Part shown: piece after piece, positions 14,837 through 26,071 of the stretch
Layout of the letters: each line of letters opens with the position of its first letter
How positions within the stretch are numbered: position 1 is the first letter of the stretch
DNA from: a virus
Lineage: Duplodnaviria > Caudoviricetes
DNA length: 56,086 bases
Strand: one strand, 5' to 3'
IMG/VR virus record: IMGVR_UViG_3300030330_003336
Location: 1 to 56,086 of that record
The notes under the pieces: generated by a model
What the model was told of the DNA's origin: nothing
What the model saw: the letters and a program-made list of their open reading frames with translations, nothing else
Database searches by the model: none
Translations under genes and position numbers: made by a program

Positions 14837-17800
14837 TTATTGTCTAAATAAAGGCTCGGTTACTGCACTAAATGGTGTTAGCTTACGAGCTGTCTTTGGT
14901 GCTTTCAATGATCCACGATCACCATACTCACTTTTACGCTCAAACCTTTCTAGTGTAGCAAGCTCTTTACTAAACTGTAATGTATTTCTGTATGTGCTAA
15001 GAGATGCTGGCGGTATAGTATAGTTTACAAATCTGTTTACATCTGTAAATATCATAGCATCTGATGTAAGTTTTTGTATTCTTGGATTATAAAAATCATC
15101 ATCATCTGCAGCCATACCCATAAGTAATAACATAGCAGTCATACCCATACCTCTTAACAATGCATTAATAGCGTCTTTTCTATGCTCAGGTAATGCCTGG
15201 AACTCTGCTCGCATATCAGCTAACTTAGACTCGCCATTCATCATACGCATAACAAAATCATATCCTGCTCTATAAGAACCAATCTCTAACTCACCAAACC
15301 TATTGATGTCTTCTTCTTTAAGTCTGTTGTAAGCTAATGTGATAAACCAACGTTTGTACTGCTGTGCTGCAACACCTAAAGAATATACACTTAATAATCT
15401 TTGATCTATTTGTGTATAACCTTCACCATGTAGAGTAGATATTTTATTATTTATTTCCATAGCTCTACGTTCTTGTTGCTGTTCATTACCAGCTAACTGA
15501 CCATTCTTAAATTCTTCTTCAGTCATTTCACCTAAAAATGCAGCACCTTGTATATAATTTTCTGATAGTTCCATAGGTAAAAATGCCCATTGTTCTATTT
15601 TACTAAATGAATCTCTATCACCAACTACATCGCTAAACGTTAATTCTATAACACGATATTTTTTAAGTATATCAATACCTTTCCATCCATCTTTTGCAAG
15701 TGATGTCCAATATCTTTTTTCACCAAGTATAAACTTTTTACCACCTTTAGATCTAAGCTCTTGATATTTACCTGCAAGTATATTACCTACACCAACACCA
15801 ATATTTAAACCAAGATGAATAAGAGCTGTCCATCTAGTCATAAACTGTATAACTTTATCTGCTCGTTCTCCAAATACTGTAGTCTGTCTTTGGTTTCTTA
15901 AGAAATTTTCTCTCCATACACGTTGAACATACTCTGCTGTATTTTCATTACCCATATCCCTATTTACTGCAATCACACCATCAATCAACATTGCCATATC
16001 ATTAAAACCTCTAAAGTTGCCGTCAACAGATCCATGTACAAATGTCATTGATCTAACATACTGTTTAAGATTATTAGCTAAATTAAAACTTGTAAGCTCT
16101 TTTGCTCTAGTTGTTCTTCTAGCATTAAACCTTGAGAATAATCCACCTTCCATCAATGTATCCATTTCTAAATCGCTTGCCATAATTGGATCGCCACTTT
16201 CATGATATCCACTTTCTAAAGCTTTTTCAGCTTTCTTTTTTAGTTTGTTCAGTTCTCTTATCTTTCTACCTTTTACTATCAAACTACCATCTTCAAGTGA
16301 ATATAAATTTTTCCAATACCCAAATGAATGTAAAGCCTTTTGTCCATCTTTATCTACACCATATACTTGCACCCCATCTATATTAGATGTACTTCCTAAG
16401 AAGTTAGCATACAGTCCCATAAGTCCACGCGCAGATAAAGCTTCTAAATTACCCATTTGATAATGTGGTATATACAACTCTAAACCTTTACGCTTAATTA
16501 ATCTTTGATACCTTTTTGTTATATCTGTATACTTATTGTAAAAGTTTATTTCTTCACGACTAGGATTAGTAGCCATAAACTCTTGTTTAGATTTAAGACT
16601 TATACCGTCAACTGTTTCATTTATCATATTAAAATACAGTTCATTAAATCTAGCTCGTTTATTAAATATAGTTTTTAGTGTAAGTTTTTTACTATTTCTT
16701 AAAGCTGTCTCTACAACATTAATTTCTTGTACTATCGACTTTATTTCTTTTGCATACTTTCTGTACTCTTCTTGTATTTGGTTTAGCATAAACTGCACTT
16801 CTGGTCGTTTAGATGTCATGTTATTTGATCCGAACCATTTTCTAATAGTGCCTATATCTTCATTACCTTGATACTTATATTTACCTTTGCTCTTTCTTTG
16901 CAGCTCTTTTATTTGTTTTGCCATAGCTTTTTTACCTATAGCTAAATGTAGTTTATGCAATAATCTAGCATTAGCAACTTCATCATGTTTTTTCTGCACA
17001 TCTTGTGCAAGCTGATACAATGCATCTAAGCTCAAAGTTTCTATGCCTTGCACTTCTAACTCTTGTTCTTGTTGAGCTAAACTTCTGTACGACTCAAGAT
17101 ACTTATCATATCTATCATTAAAATATTTTTTAATATTAGCATCAGTTTCTTTTTGTATCATTGAATAATCATAACCCAAAAAGTTAAAGAACTCTTGTTT
17201 ATTCAAAAGCTTGTTTGTTTCAGATAGGTGATCCATGTAAAATAATCTAGCTTTTTTAAACTTGGTAGTTCCATCTGGTTCTCTTTGTGTTTTACCTTGT
17301 AACTCCTTTTTCTTTTGTTCAGTAACACGTGATCTTGTTTGATTTTTAAATATATCTAAGTGATTAGATATTAACTCGTTAGACATTTCTTCGACAGCTT
17401 TAGATTCAGTTGAAGATTCTTTGTCTTGTTCTGATTCAAAAAAGTTGTCTAATAAATCAAATTTATTTTTTAAATATTGTTTATCAAACAATGGCGTCAA
17501 TGAATTACGCTCAAAACCTAATTTGTTTTTTAAGAAATCATATTGCAATAATGCATCTTTAATATTGTCAGGCAACAGTAAAAACTCATTACGAGCTATC
17601 TGTATCTCTTCTTCGTTGCTAAACGCGTTTATTTGTTTTTTGTTTATTTCTATTTGATTTTTGTAAAAATCTGATTTTGGATCGTTACTTAATAATAAAT
17701 ACTTTTTGACAAAGTTATCTGCTGTTAAATCTGCTCTATTAGCATAATCTTCTATTGTAGCATACACTTCAGTTAGTGATTTATTATTATTAAGAACTGG

Positions 17801-20800
17801 TAACGCTTCAGATATTTTCATCAAGTAATAATCTTCAATAAGCTTTCTGTGTTCTCTTCTTTCAAAATCTAAAGTAATCTTTCTTTCATTCTCTATATAC
17901 GCAATTACATCACGCGCTTCTTTTGTGTACATGAACGATGTAGACTTTTGTCTGTCTACTTGTTTTTGTAATAACTCTATAGCATGTTTGATCAAAGGAT
18001 CAGATCTAAAGTTACCCATTGTATTTGGCTCAAGTAAACTAGATTCTCTTGCATCTCCATTAATTGTATCTATTAATCTTTTTGCATCGTGTCCATGTTT
18101 AGGCATCGACTTATGCACAGATAGAGATTTGCCTATTGTAAATATCTCATCTGATACTTTTTCTAGTTTGTGCATAAAGCCAATAACACGATACTGCATG
18201 TCTTTGCTATTGCTTTTAAGTCTTGTAATATCTAAATCTATTTCAGCACTACTATACTTTTTAAGTATTGCTTTAGCTTTTGCATCATTTACTCCACCTA
18301 TTTGTTTAATAGCTTCAATAGCAGCAATACCTTTAGTAACTGTCATAACTGATTGATCACCTCTTTTCTCAGCATATACTTTTACAGCTGGGTGATTCAT
18401 AATAACAGATATATCTTTTATGTCTACGCCTAGTCTTGCTAACAATGTAAACTGATTTACAGTATTTGGATTTAAACCCATGTTATTAGCGTACTGATGT
18501 TTTGCATTATCTAATACAATATTGAGCAATAAGGCTACTGCAAATGCGTTACCAGCTGCATTGTTTTCTGTTGTCTCATCTACTAGCCCATTAAGATTTT
18601 CATATGTTTTACTTAAACCTTTTATATTAAGTGTAAAGTTAAACCCTACACCGTAACCTGCCATAACGTTCAACACACGCTGTAAAGATGCAACAGTTCC
18701 AATCATATTTTGTGCTGGCACATTATCATTAAAGTACTGCTTATCACCTATAGGGAGTAGCTGTGATTCTCTTTCTTCTTTCTTGCCATAAAATTGTTCA
18801 ACAGATCTTAAAGATTCTTCTGCTACCTCTTTTATTTCTATTGGTGTAGTTAGTTCTCTGTACCTTTGACTATCTACCTCAATATCTGCAATAAGATTTA
18901 TGTTCAACTCTAATAATCTATTTGCATCAGCTTGCCAAGGCTTTAATACATTTGTTACAGGAACAGCTTTACGTCTTCTAGTTCCTGGTATAATTACTGT
19001 TTCATCTATATTACCTTTGTGCTCATAGTTCAAAAATAATGAGTCACCATCCATATCAGATCCTATAACTTCTGAAACTTTTGATGGTACAGATATAATA
19101 GATCGTGCACCTTCTGTGCCTTCTGCATGAAATCCTTTTACAACTAAAGCTACTGTAGATTGTTTACCGTGTGCAGGTACACGTGTAGCTAATATTACAT
19201 CACCAACTTTAACTCCATCTTGCTTAGCTGTTGCAGGTATGATAGCTTCAGATACTACTAGGTCTCTACCTTCTTCGATATATCTGTTAAGTATATTCTT
19301 ATATCTTCCCTCTGATGCTTTCTCTGCTAACTCAGACATCTTTTGATATGCATTTAGATTCATGCCTATACTTGATACCTGATAAGCTATAGTACCCCTA
19401 AACATAGCTTTTGTTCCAAACTTTACAAGTCTTGATGCAGCTAGTTGTTGCATTAAGTTGTGCATTTGTGGAAGTAATGCAGGTGCATACTGCGCTAATG
19501 ATGTATTAAGATTTCCAAAAAACTCTTCACCAATCAATTGTCTTAAGAAATCTACATCTCTTTGTCTTTCTTCTGCAGTTGATTTGTCTTTGTATATAAC
19601 AGTGCCTCGTTTAGTTTCTTCATAGCCCTGCATTGCTTTAGCTGCCAATTCATGCATCTCTCTTACGATTGCTGTTTCTTCAGCAGTAAGATTAGAATGA
19701 TGGTGCCCAAACAATTGTGATGGCATATGGAAAGCATGTCTTTCTTTATCAAGCTCTACTTGTACACCAAATCCTTCGCCAGATATACCACTCCAGTTAC
19801 CTTCTTCTACTGCATTGTATATATTGTCCTGTTGTTCGCTTATCTCGTCTACAGACATATTATCTATATCGTAAATATACTTATCACCTGGTGCATATAA
19901 CTTAAGAGCGCTTTTGAATGTAGCAATAGGCGCAAAGTCGTGATCTTGTTGACTATTACCAAACTTTTGTTCAGCTATTACCTGTTTACGTTTTCTCAAA
20001 ACATCTGCTATCTTTTTGATCGTAGGATTATTTTTTTCCATTTCAGGAGTTATCTCAACTATCTTAAACTTTGCAAATGTTCTTTTACCTTGTAGGTTTT
20101 TATTTATATTGTCTACCTCTACATAGTCATACACGTGTTTAAACACATGACCTACTTTACGCATAGCACCAAACTTGTTTCTTATCTTTTGACCATCGCC
20201 AGGTAATACATATGCTTCTGCATCTGTTGCCTTGTGTGTTCCTGTTGTTCCTTGGTACTGTCCATTTTCATCTTCAAATAAATCTTGCAGACCTACAAAC
20301 TCTATAGGAACATTACGATCATGCGGTGTGTGTCTTTTAATTGCACCTTCAGCACGTTTGATATAATCTATTTCACTTTGTGACTCTTCGTGTCTACCAA
20401 TAAGCAATTGTTGAGCCATAGCCTTATTTACAGTATAATTAAGTAAAAACTCTTGCAGCTTTTTATTAGTAAGCTTTTCGCCTTTTTTACCTATTAAAGT
20501 ATTAAGCTCTATTTGTTTTGGATCTTTAAGTATCTCAGCTTTTAATTTTGCTGCTGCTTTCTGTAAACCAACAATCTTATATGTATTACCTTCTTTCTTT
20601 ATATCAAAAGGAAATACTTTCTTTCCATCTTTATATGTTAACTTATGTAAACCTGCCTCATAAGCCATTCTTGCTAATTCATTCTTTTCTTTGGCTGTTC
20701 TTGCAAGTCTTGACTTAACATAGTATCTACGTTTAGCTGCACCAAATACAGCTATGGCTTGATCGTAGTATGCGGCTTCTTTATTGTTTTTGTTTTGATC

Positions 20801-23800
20801 AAGATTATATAAGTAGTCATTTAGGTCAGCTAACATAAGTTCCTGACTATCCATTTTAACATACTTACGATTTCTTCTTCTATCTATTCCAAAGCTTTCA
20901 TCTTTAGCTACAACTACACCAGACAGCATACTTATACCTAACTCTTTACCTTGGTACATAATTTTTACAAATGGATTTACAAACTTACCATCCTTTATGT
21001 ATCCAAGACCTGCAGCACTCATAAGTCTGACGAATGCAGATTTGTTTTCTCTAGCTAACCTTGCATAATTTTCATTTTTATTATGCAGACTGTTTTCTTT
21101 GTTAATAATCATAGTTGGATTTTCAGCTACATCATTAACCATAGTTATATAGTTCTTTGATCTTGACTGAATCATTAACTCTGATAGTAGTGTTCTAAAT
21201 CCATTTTGTATTTGTAACACATCGCCTCTACCTTTATTATCTACAAAGTCTTTTATGTTTGATTGTACAAGGTCTGCTATAGTAGTATATCGTTTACCCT
21301 TATAGTTAAAGCTTCTAGATGTTTCTGAAAACAATTCTCCATTGATATATTGATAGTATGAGCTATCTGTATATATTGCGTTAAAAGCTTCTGCAATGTT
21401 TCCAGCTCTTAATAAATCTATAACGCCAAACTTTTCTTGATTTGTTTTTTCTCCTGTTGCAAACCATAGTCTGTTAGCGTGTTGATCTAATCTAGCCAAC
21501 CAACGCTTTTCATCCATGCTTAACGACTCTTCACTAAACCATGTGTTTACACCATCAGGACCTTTTCTAAATGATACTTGTTTCATTGTTTCGACTTTCT
21601 TATTTGCAAAGTCGATTGACATATCTAACAATAGTGCATCTACTAAAGATTCTCTACCAAACTGATCTTGTAAGTATTTAACAAACCTTTGTACATCTAT
21701 ATTGTCGCTATTAATTACTTGATCTACAAACGCAAATGGATTGTTACGCTTTACTCTCTGTCCTATAGCAAATAGTTCTGCGAGTAACTCTGACTTGTTA
21801 ACTGGATTCTTAGGCGTTCTTTTACTTTCTATAATAGAGTAGCCCTCTATAACTGTAGAAGTTGTACCAGATAAAGGTTTTTCATCTCTATCATACAATT
21901 GTCCTGAATCATTATCTTCCTGTATTGTTTCTTCGTTTTCTTGATACTCGCCTATCAAATCGCCAGGCTGTAGATCTTTACCCTCTGGCGACAACTTTTC
22001 ATTTAACGCTGCGGTTAACTTATCCAATACTTTTCTATATGCAGCATAATCAACTTTATCTACTAATGATTGTATTTTTCTTCTAATAAAGTCGTGTTGT
22101 ATTTCACCTACACCAAATGGTGGCTTTTGTTTTGTAACACTATACTTTAAGCCATTCATTTTGTATATTTCCTTCAAAGCCTCTTGCACAGCTGCCTCGC
22201 CTTTCAATCCTTTTGCTGCTACTTTTTGTGTTACAATTTGTGTCATACCACGCATAGATACAGCCTCTAATCCAAATATCTTTTGTTGTGGTTTTTCACT
22301 ATATGAGTTTTTCTTGAACTGATTATTAGCATTAAGAGTGTTAAAGTTCTTGCTAATATAATCCATCATCTCATCAAGATTCATATCAGCAATCTCAGGT
22401 ATTGCAGTTTTAATAGACTCTTCAGCTTCTTTTCTATTTCTACCTAACCTACTAACAGTATTGTATATTCTGGTAAATACACTTTCTGTTTCTTGTGCTA
22501 ACTTAGCATCTTTAACAACATTTAGTATCCCACCATTTCTGTTGTAATCTTCATTTGCAAATGCAAAAGCTTCTTCTAATAAACCATATTGAACTTGATC
22601 GCTCATACGTTTTACTTTTCCAGTTTGTGCTAATGCAGTTAAAAGTTCTCTTACAGATTCATTATATTGTTTTTCATTGCCTTCTTCTCTTGATGTTCTA
22701 ATAGTTTCTACTAAACTAGTTAGTGAAGTTTCTAAATCCATTCTACCATTCAAAGCTTCATAAACAATACTACCACCTGTTACAAATTTATTGCCTTTTC
22801 GGTAACGTACGAGTTCTGGATAATTGATTTCTATTTGTGGTAGATAACCTTGTTTAATAAGAAGTTTATTTAGTCGTTTTTGTATTGCTGTACCAGCTAT
22901 TGCTTGATAGTATGGATGTGATAACTCATGTATCAAGTCAGTCTGCATTGCTGCGTCTTTATTTACAAGAATTGTACTACCAAAGAATACAGCTTTAGCT
23001 GGTGCTCCAAACCCTTCTAATAATTTTTTATATGTGAATCGTACATCAACTCCAGGAAACTGTGAGCTTAATGCATCACGTAAATATTTTTGAACTGCTT
23101 CTTCCACTGGATCAACAGTAATTTGATGTATATCATTACTGTCGTTGTTGTCTGTTTTCTTATACTTTGTATCTGGATCGATTTGATCATCAAGACCTTT
23201 TATTACATCGTCTTGTTGTTCTTCTTCGTTTGCGCTTTCTACAAATTCTTCAATTTGTTTATCTACGGTTTTTTTACTTTTTTTTTTAGGTTTCTTAACC
23301 TCTTCCGTTGTTGCTTTCTGCGCTTCTTCTTTACGAGCAGTTTCTATATTTTCTTCAGATTCTGCTGCACCAAATATATCTTGGTTTTCTTCAATAAACT
23401 GTTCATCAGATTCTGTAAGCTCTTGTTCATTTTTTATTTTTTCAATAATTCCTCGAGCTCTTCTTTGTTTTACTTTATCAGTTAAGTTGTTAACTCTTTC
23501 TGTAAAAACTCCAATAAGTTTAGAACCACTTTCTTTTATTGTAGTAAATATATTTTTAAATACAGTACCAATAGATTCTTTCTGCTCTCCTGTAAGTCTA
23601 TTAGTTACCATTGTTGTTATTTGGTCTATAAACTTTTTAGAAGCTCCTTTAAGGTCGGTCTTTTTAATTTTATTTACAATTTCTTGTGCTTTCTTTTTAG
23701 CCTCTTCTTTTGTAAACCCTTTTTCTTTAGCTTTTTCCTTAGCTTCTTTTATTTTGTCTTCAAGAGCTTTTGCTGTTTTAGGGTGATTTTTTTTTAAATA

Positions 23801-26071
23801 TTTGTTTACATAGTTAGATCCAGCGTCTTTTTGTTTTTTGAAAAAAGCTACAGCTTTCTTAGCTGGCTCACTTTGTATAATTTCTTGACCTTTTTCTTTT
23901 ACAATACCTGCAGCTTCTTTAGCTGCGCCTACTACACCCTTTTCTTTTACTGTGTCTCTTACAGCTTTAGCTCCTTTTGCAATAGCACCAGGCACTCCTG
24001 CAATAGCTTGTCCTGCACGTTTAAGTAATCCTGCTGGCGTTTTAGCTTGTGCTTCATCAATACCTTCTGTTGTAAATTGTTCAAACTGTTCTTGCGTTAA
24101 CCCTTTAGATGATCGTTTTACACGAGAACCATCTTTAGTCATTTTACCTTTACGAACTGTTGCTATTTGTTCTACTAAGTTTTCTAGTCCTGCTATCTCT
24201 TCATTAGCTGTTTGTTCAAACCCTGCGTAGTTAGCTTCTATATTATCTATAGCTTGTTGTAAGTTTTCTTTATTCTTAATTGTTTTTTTCTTAGATTCTA
24301 TTGCAGCATCAGCTTTTTCTCTTTCCTGTTGTTTAGATCTTTCAATAGCAGCTATCTTTACTCTTTGTCTAAATATCTGATTTTTACCTTCGTAGCTCAA
24401 TGTATTATCTTGATGTGAAGATTCAAATAGTTCAGCATAATCTTTAAAAGTATCTTTGATTTCATCTGCAGTTTCTTGGCTCATTTGTTTTTCAGCCACC
24501 ATACGATCAAGTCTTTCGTCAGCTCTTTCAGTATTACCATTATCATTAATGATCATACCAGCTATAATTCCAGCCCTGTTTTGTTCTGCTAAATAAAAGT
24601 CTGCTTCTTGTGTTTCAAGCTGATCGTTAAATGTAGTTCTAAATTTTTCTAACTGATATTCTCTTTCAGCTATAGCGTCTACATATCCACCTCGAGCACC
24701 CATGGTTAAACCAAGTGCAAATGAACTAACTCTTGTTTCCATCATTTCAGGACTACGGAAAAACTCCATAAATCCAGGGTAACCTTCACCTACATCATAA
24801 TTCGATAAATCAGGTCTTTCTTCATAAATAGCTTTACGCTTAATCCATTCCTGATATACTTCTTGGTATTGCTCTGTAAAACCTTCTATACTACCAGAAG
24901 CTCCTGCTTGTAGAAATGGTGCAATCTTTTGTCCAAAGGTTGTACTTCCTTTTGGTATTGCTTTAATACCTGCAGTTAATCTACCTAGTCCACCAAAAGT
25001 CAAACCAAACTGCAACATGTCTATACCTATCCATTTCATGTTATCAGTATAAACTTCTCTTGCTGCTGCTGACGCTTCTTCTGGTGTCAAACCATCTGCT
25101 AAAGCTTGTGTAAGTGTTTCTCCTGCCACAAATGCACCTTCTGCTAAGTTACCACCAATACCACCACCAACAGCTGACACAATAGCTCCAGGTGCTTTTT
25201 TGAATGCTGCTGTTTCGTCTAAAAATTTGTCTCCAATTTTTGCCTTTGGATTATATATTTGTGCTTTTTTTAAATTACTTTTAGTTACTGTTTTTGTAGA
25301 AGCTTTAAATAAATTTGATCCGCCTTTTGCGTATTTAATTACTTTATTACTATTTAATAAAAACCTTGTACTAGCTGCAGCTGATCCAATACCAGGTACA
25401 AAAAACGACATAGAATATGGCACAAGTCTTGCTACTTTAGTTGTCCAAAATGTTGGATCTGTCATTGAAGACCAAGTAATTTCTTCTAACTCGGGCGGAA
25501 TATATACATCATTTTTCATTTGTATTTGCTGCCCTTTGCGTTTTAGATAAGATGCTACTGTTGTATTAATACCTGCATCTGGATCCCATGGTGTAACTGT
25601 TGATCCAATAAAATCAATAGTTTGTCCTGTTCCTTCAACAAGATCACCCCATCCTGCAGCTATACTTCTACCAAACTTAGATTGTTTTGTTCCTCCAGCC
25701 AAAGCTAATCCTCCTGCTACACCAGCTGCTATACCCATAGGTCCACCTACAGATCCAATAATTCCACCAGCAACAGGTGCTGCTATATCACCCAATGTAA
25801 TATCTGGAGACAATACAGCATCTGGATCTTGTACTTGTTGTAATGGGTTTTGTCCATACATTTGTCTTTGCAAAACAGCACCTGATTCACCCATCATTTG
25901 TTGACCTGCTAAGTTAGATATAGCTTGATCATACTGTTGTTGATTTTGTGCATTAGCTTGAAATACAGAACCAAACCCACCTGATGTCATTCCAGCATCA
26001 TATTCCTTTGCTGCATCAGCAGGTTTTTGATTAGCTGCTAAATTTTTTGTAAAGTCGTAAAAGCTACCCAT
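14837..26071 (-). CDS. Giant virion RNA polymerase polyprotein (crAss-like two-barrel RNAP with zincin domain)
   Basis: 3744 aa; ATRVPAHGKQS followed by GSDMDGDSLF (19043-19063); TDAEAY and FKHVY upstream; HELSH zincin motif (22916-22930); located after the ejection genes. Confidence 0.85.
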   Translation of the reverse strand: MGSFYDFTKNLAANQKPADAAKEYDAGMTSGGFGSVFQANAQNQQQYDQAISNLAGQQMMGESGAVLQRQMYGQNPLQQVQDPDAVLSPDITLGDIAAPVAGGIIGSVGGPMGIAAGVAGGLALAGGTKQSKFGRSIAAGWGDLVEGTGQTIDFIGSTVTPWDPDAGINTTVASYLKRKGQQIQMKNDVYIPPELEEITWSSMTDPTFWTTKVARLVPYSMSFFVPGIGSAAASTRFLLNSNKVIKYAKGGSNLFKASTKTVTKSNLKKAQIYNPKAKIGDKFLDETAAFKKAPGAIVSAVGGGIGGNLAEGAFVAGETLTQALADGLTPEEASAAAREVYTDNMKWIGIDMLQFGLTFGGLGRLTAGIKAIPKGSTTFGQKIAPFLQAGASGSIEGFTEQYQEVYQEWIKRKAIYEERPDLSNYDVGEGYPGFMEFFRSPEMMETRVSSFALGLTMGARGGYVDAIAEREYQLEKFRTTFNDQLETQEADFYLAEQNRAGIIAGMIINDNGNTERADERLDRMVAEKQMSQETADEIKDTFKDYAELFESSHQDNTLSYEGKNQIFRQRVKIAAIERSKQQEREKADAAIESKKKTIKNKENLQQAIDNIEANYAGFEQTANEEIAGLENLVEQIATVRKGKMTKDGSRVKRSSKGLTQEQFEQFTTEGIDEAQAKTPAGLLKRAGQAIAGVPGAIAKGAKAVRDTVKEKGVVGAAKEAAGIVKEKGQEIIQSEPAKKAVAFFKKQKDAGSNYVNKYLKKNHPKTAKALEDKIKEAKEKAKEKGFTKEEAKKKAQEIVNKIKKTDLKGASKKFIDQITTMVTNRLTGEQKESIGTVFKNIFTTIKESGSKLIGVFTERVNNLTDKVKQRRARGIIEKIKNEQELTESDEQFIEENQDIFGAAESEENIETARKEEAQKATTEEVKKPKKKSKKTVDKQIEEFVESANEEEQQDDVIKGLDDQIDPDTKYKKTDNNDSNDIHQITVDPVEEAVQKYLRDALSSQFPGVDVRFTYKKLLEGFGAPAKAVFFGSTILVNKDAAMQTDLIHELSHPYYQAIAGTAIQKRLNKLLIKQGYLPQIEINYPELVRYRKGNKFVTGGSIVYEALNGRMDLETSLTSLVETIRTSREEGNEKQYNESVRELLTALAQTGKVKRMSDQVQYGLLEEAFAFANEDYNRNGGILNVVKDAKLAQETESVFTRIYNTVSRLGRNRKEAEESIKTAIPEIADMNLDEMMDYISKNFNTLNANNQFKKNSYSEKPQQKIFGLEAVSMRGMTQIVTQKVAAKGLKGEAAVQEALKEIYKMNGLKYSVTKQKPPFGVGEIQHDFIRRKIQSLVDKVDYAAYRKVLDKLTAALNEKLSPEGKDLQPGDLIGEYQENEETIQEDNDSGQLYDRDEKPLSGTTSTVIEGYSIIESKRTPKNPVNKSELLAELFAIGQRVKRNNPFAFVDQVINSDNIDVQRFVKYLQDQFGRESLVDALLLDMSIDFANKKVETMKQVSFRKGPDGVNTWFSEESLSMDEKRWLARLDQHANRLWFATGEKTNQEKFGVIDLLRAGNIAEAFNAIYTDSSYYQYINGELFSETSRSFNYKGKRYTTIADLVQSNIKDFVDNKGRGDVLQIQNGFRTLLSELMIQSRSKNYITMVNDVAENPTMIINKENSLHNKNENYARLARENKSAFVRLMSAAGLGYIKDGKFVNPFVKIMYQGKELGISMLSGVVVAKDESFGIDRRRNRKYVKMDSQELMLADLNDYLYNLDQNKNNKEAAYYDQAIAVFGAAKRRYYVKSRLARTAKEKNELARMAYEAGLHKLTYKDGKKVFPFDIKKEGNTYKIVGLQKAAAKLKAEILKDPKQIELNTLIGKKGEKLTNKKLQEFLLNYTVNKAMAQQLLIGRHEESQSEIDYIKRAEGAIKRHTPHDRNVPIEFVGLQDLFEDENGQYQGTTGTHKATDAEAYVLPGDGQKIRNKFGAMRKVGHVFKHVYDYVEVDNINKNLQGKRTFAKFKIVEITPEMEKNNPTIKKIADVLRKRKQVIAEQKFGNSQQDHDFAPIATFKSALKLYAPGDKYIYDIDNMSVDEISEQQDNIYNAVEEGNWSGISGEGFGVQVELDKERHAFHMPSQLFGHHHSNLTAEETAIVREMHELAAKAMQGYEETKRGTVIYKDKSTAEERQRDVDFLRQLIGEEFFGNLNTSLAQYAPALLPQMHNLMQQLAASRLVKFGTKAMFRGTIAYQVSSIGMNLNAYQKMSELAEKASEGRYKNILNRYIEEGRDLVVSEAIIPATAKQDGVKVGDVILATRVPAHGKQSTVALVVKGFHAEGTEGARSIISVPSKVSEVIGSDMDGDSLFLNYEHKGNIDETVIIPGTRRRKAVPVTNVLKPWQADANRLLELNINLIADIEVDSQRYRELTTPIEIKEVAEESLRSVEQFYGKKEERESQLLPIGDKQYFNDNVPAQNMIGTVASLQRVLNVMAGYGVGFNFTLNIKGLSKTYENLNGLVDETTENNAAGNAFAVALLLNIVLDNAKHQYANNMGLNPNTVNQFTLLARLGVDIKDISVIMNHPAVKVYAEKRGDQSVMTVTKGIAAIEAIKQIGGVNDAKAKAILKKYSSAEIDLDITRLKSNSKDMQYRVIGFMHKLEKVSDEIFTIGKSLSVHKSMPKHGHDAKRLIDTINGDARESSLLEPNTMGNFRSDPLIKHAIELLQKQVDRQKSTSFMYTKEARDVIAYIENERKITLDFERREHRKLIEDYYLMKISEALPVLNNNKSLTEVYATIEDYANRADLTADNFVKKYLLLSNDPKSDFYKNQIEINKKQINAFSNEEEIQIARNEFLLLPDNIKDALLQYDFLKNKLGFERNSLTPLFDKQYLKNKFDLLDNFFESEQDKESSTESKAVEEMSNELISNHLDIFKNQTRSRVTEQKKKELQGKTQREPDGTTKFKKARLFYMDHLSETNKLLNKQEFFNFLGYDYSMIQKETDANIKKYFNDRYDKYLESYRSLAQQEQELEVQGIETLSLDALYQLAQDVQKKHDEVANARLLHKLHLAIGKKAMAKQIKELQRKSKGKYKYQGNEDIGTIRKWFGSNNMTSKRPEVQFMLNQIQEEYRKYAKEIKSIVQEINVVETALRNSKKLTLKTIFNKRARFNELYFNMINETVDGISLKSKQEFMATNPSREEINFYNKYTDITKRYQRLIKRKGLELYIPHYQMGNLEALSARGLMGLYANFLGSTSNIDGVQVYGVDKDGQKALHSFGYWKNLYSLEDGSLIVKGRKIRELNKLKKKAEKALESGYHESGDPIMASDLEMDTLMEGGLFSRFNARRTTRAKELTSFNLANNLKQYVRSMTFVHGSVDGNFRGFNDMAMLIDGVIAVNRDMGNENTAEYVQRVWRENFLRNQRQTTVFGERADKVIQFMTRWTALIHLGLNIGVGVGNILAGKYQELRSKGGKKFILGEKRYWTSLAKDGWKGIDILKKYRVIELTFSDVVGDRDSFSKIEQWAFLPMELSENYIQGAAFLGEMTEEEFKNGQLAGNEQQQERRAMEINNKISTLHGEGYTQIDQRLLSVYSLGVAAQQYKRWFITLAYNRLKEEDINRFGELEIGSYRAGYDFVMRMMNGESKLADMRAEFQALPEHRKDAINALLRGMGMTAMLLLMGMAADDDDFYNPRIQKLTSDAMIFTDVNRFVNYTIPPASLSTYRNTLQFSKELATLERFERKSEYGDRGSLKAPKTARKLTPFSAVTEPLFRQ

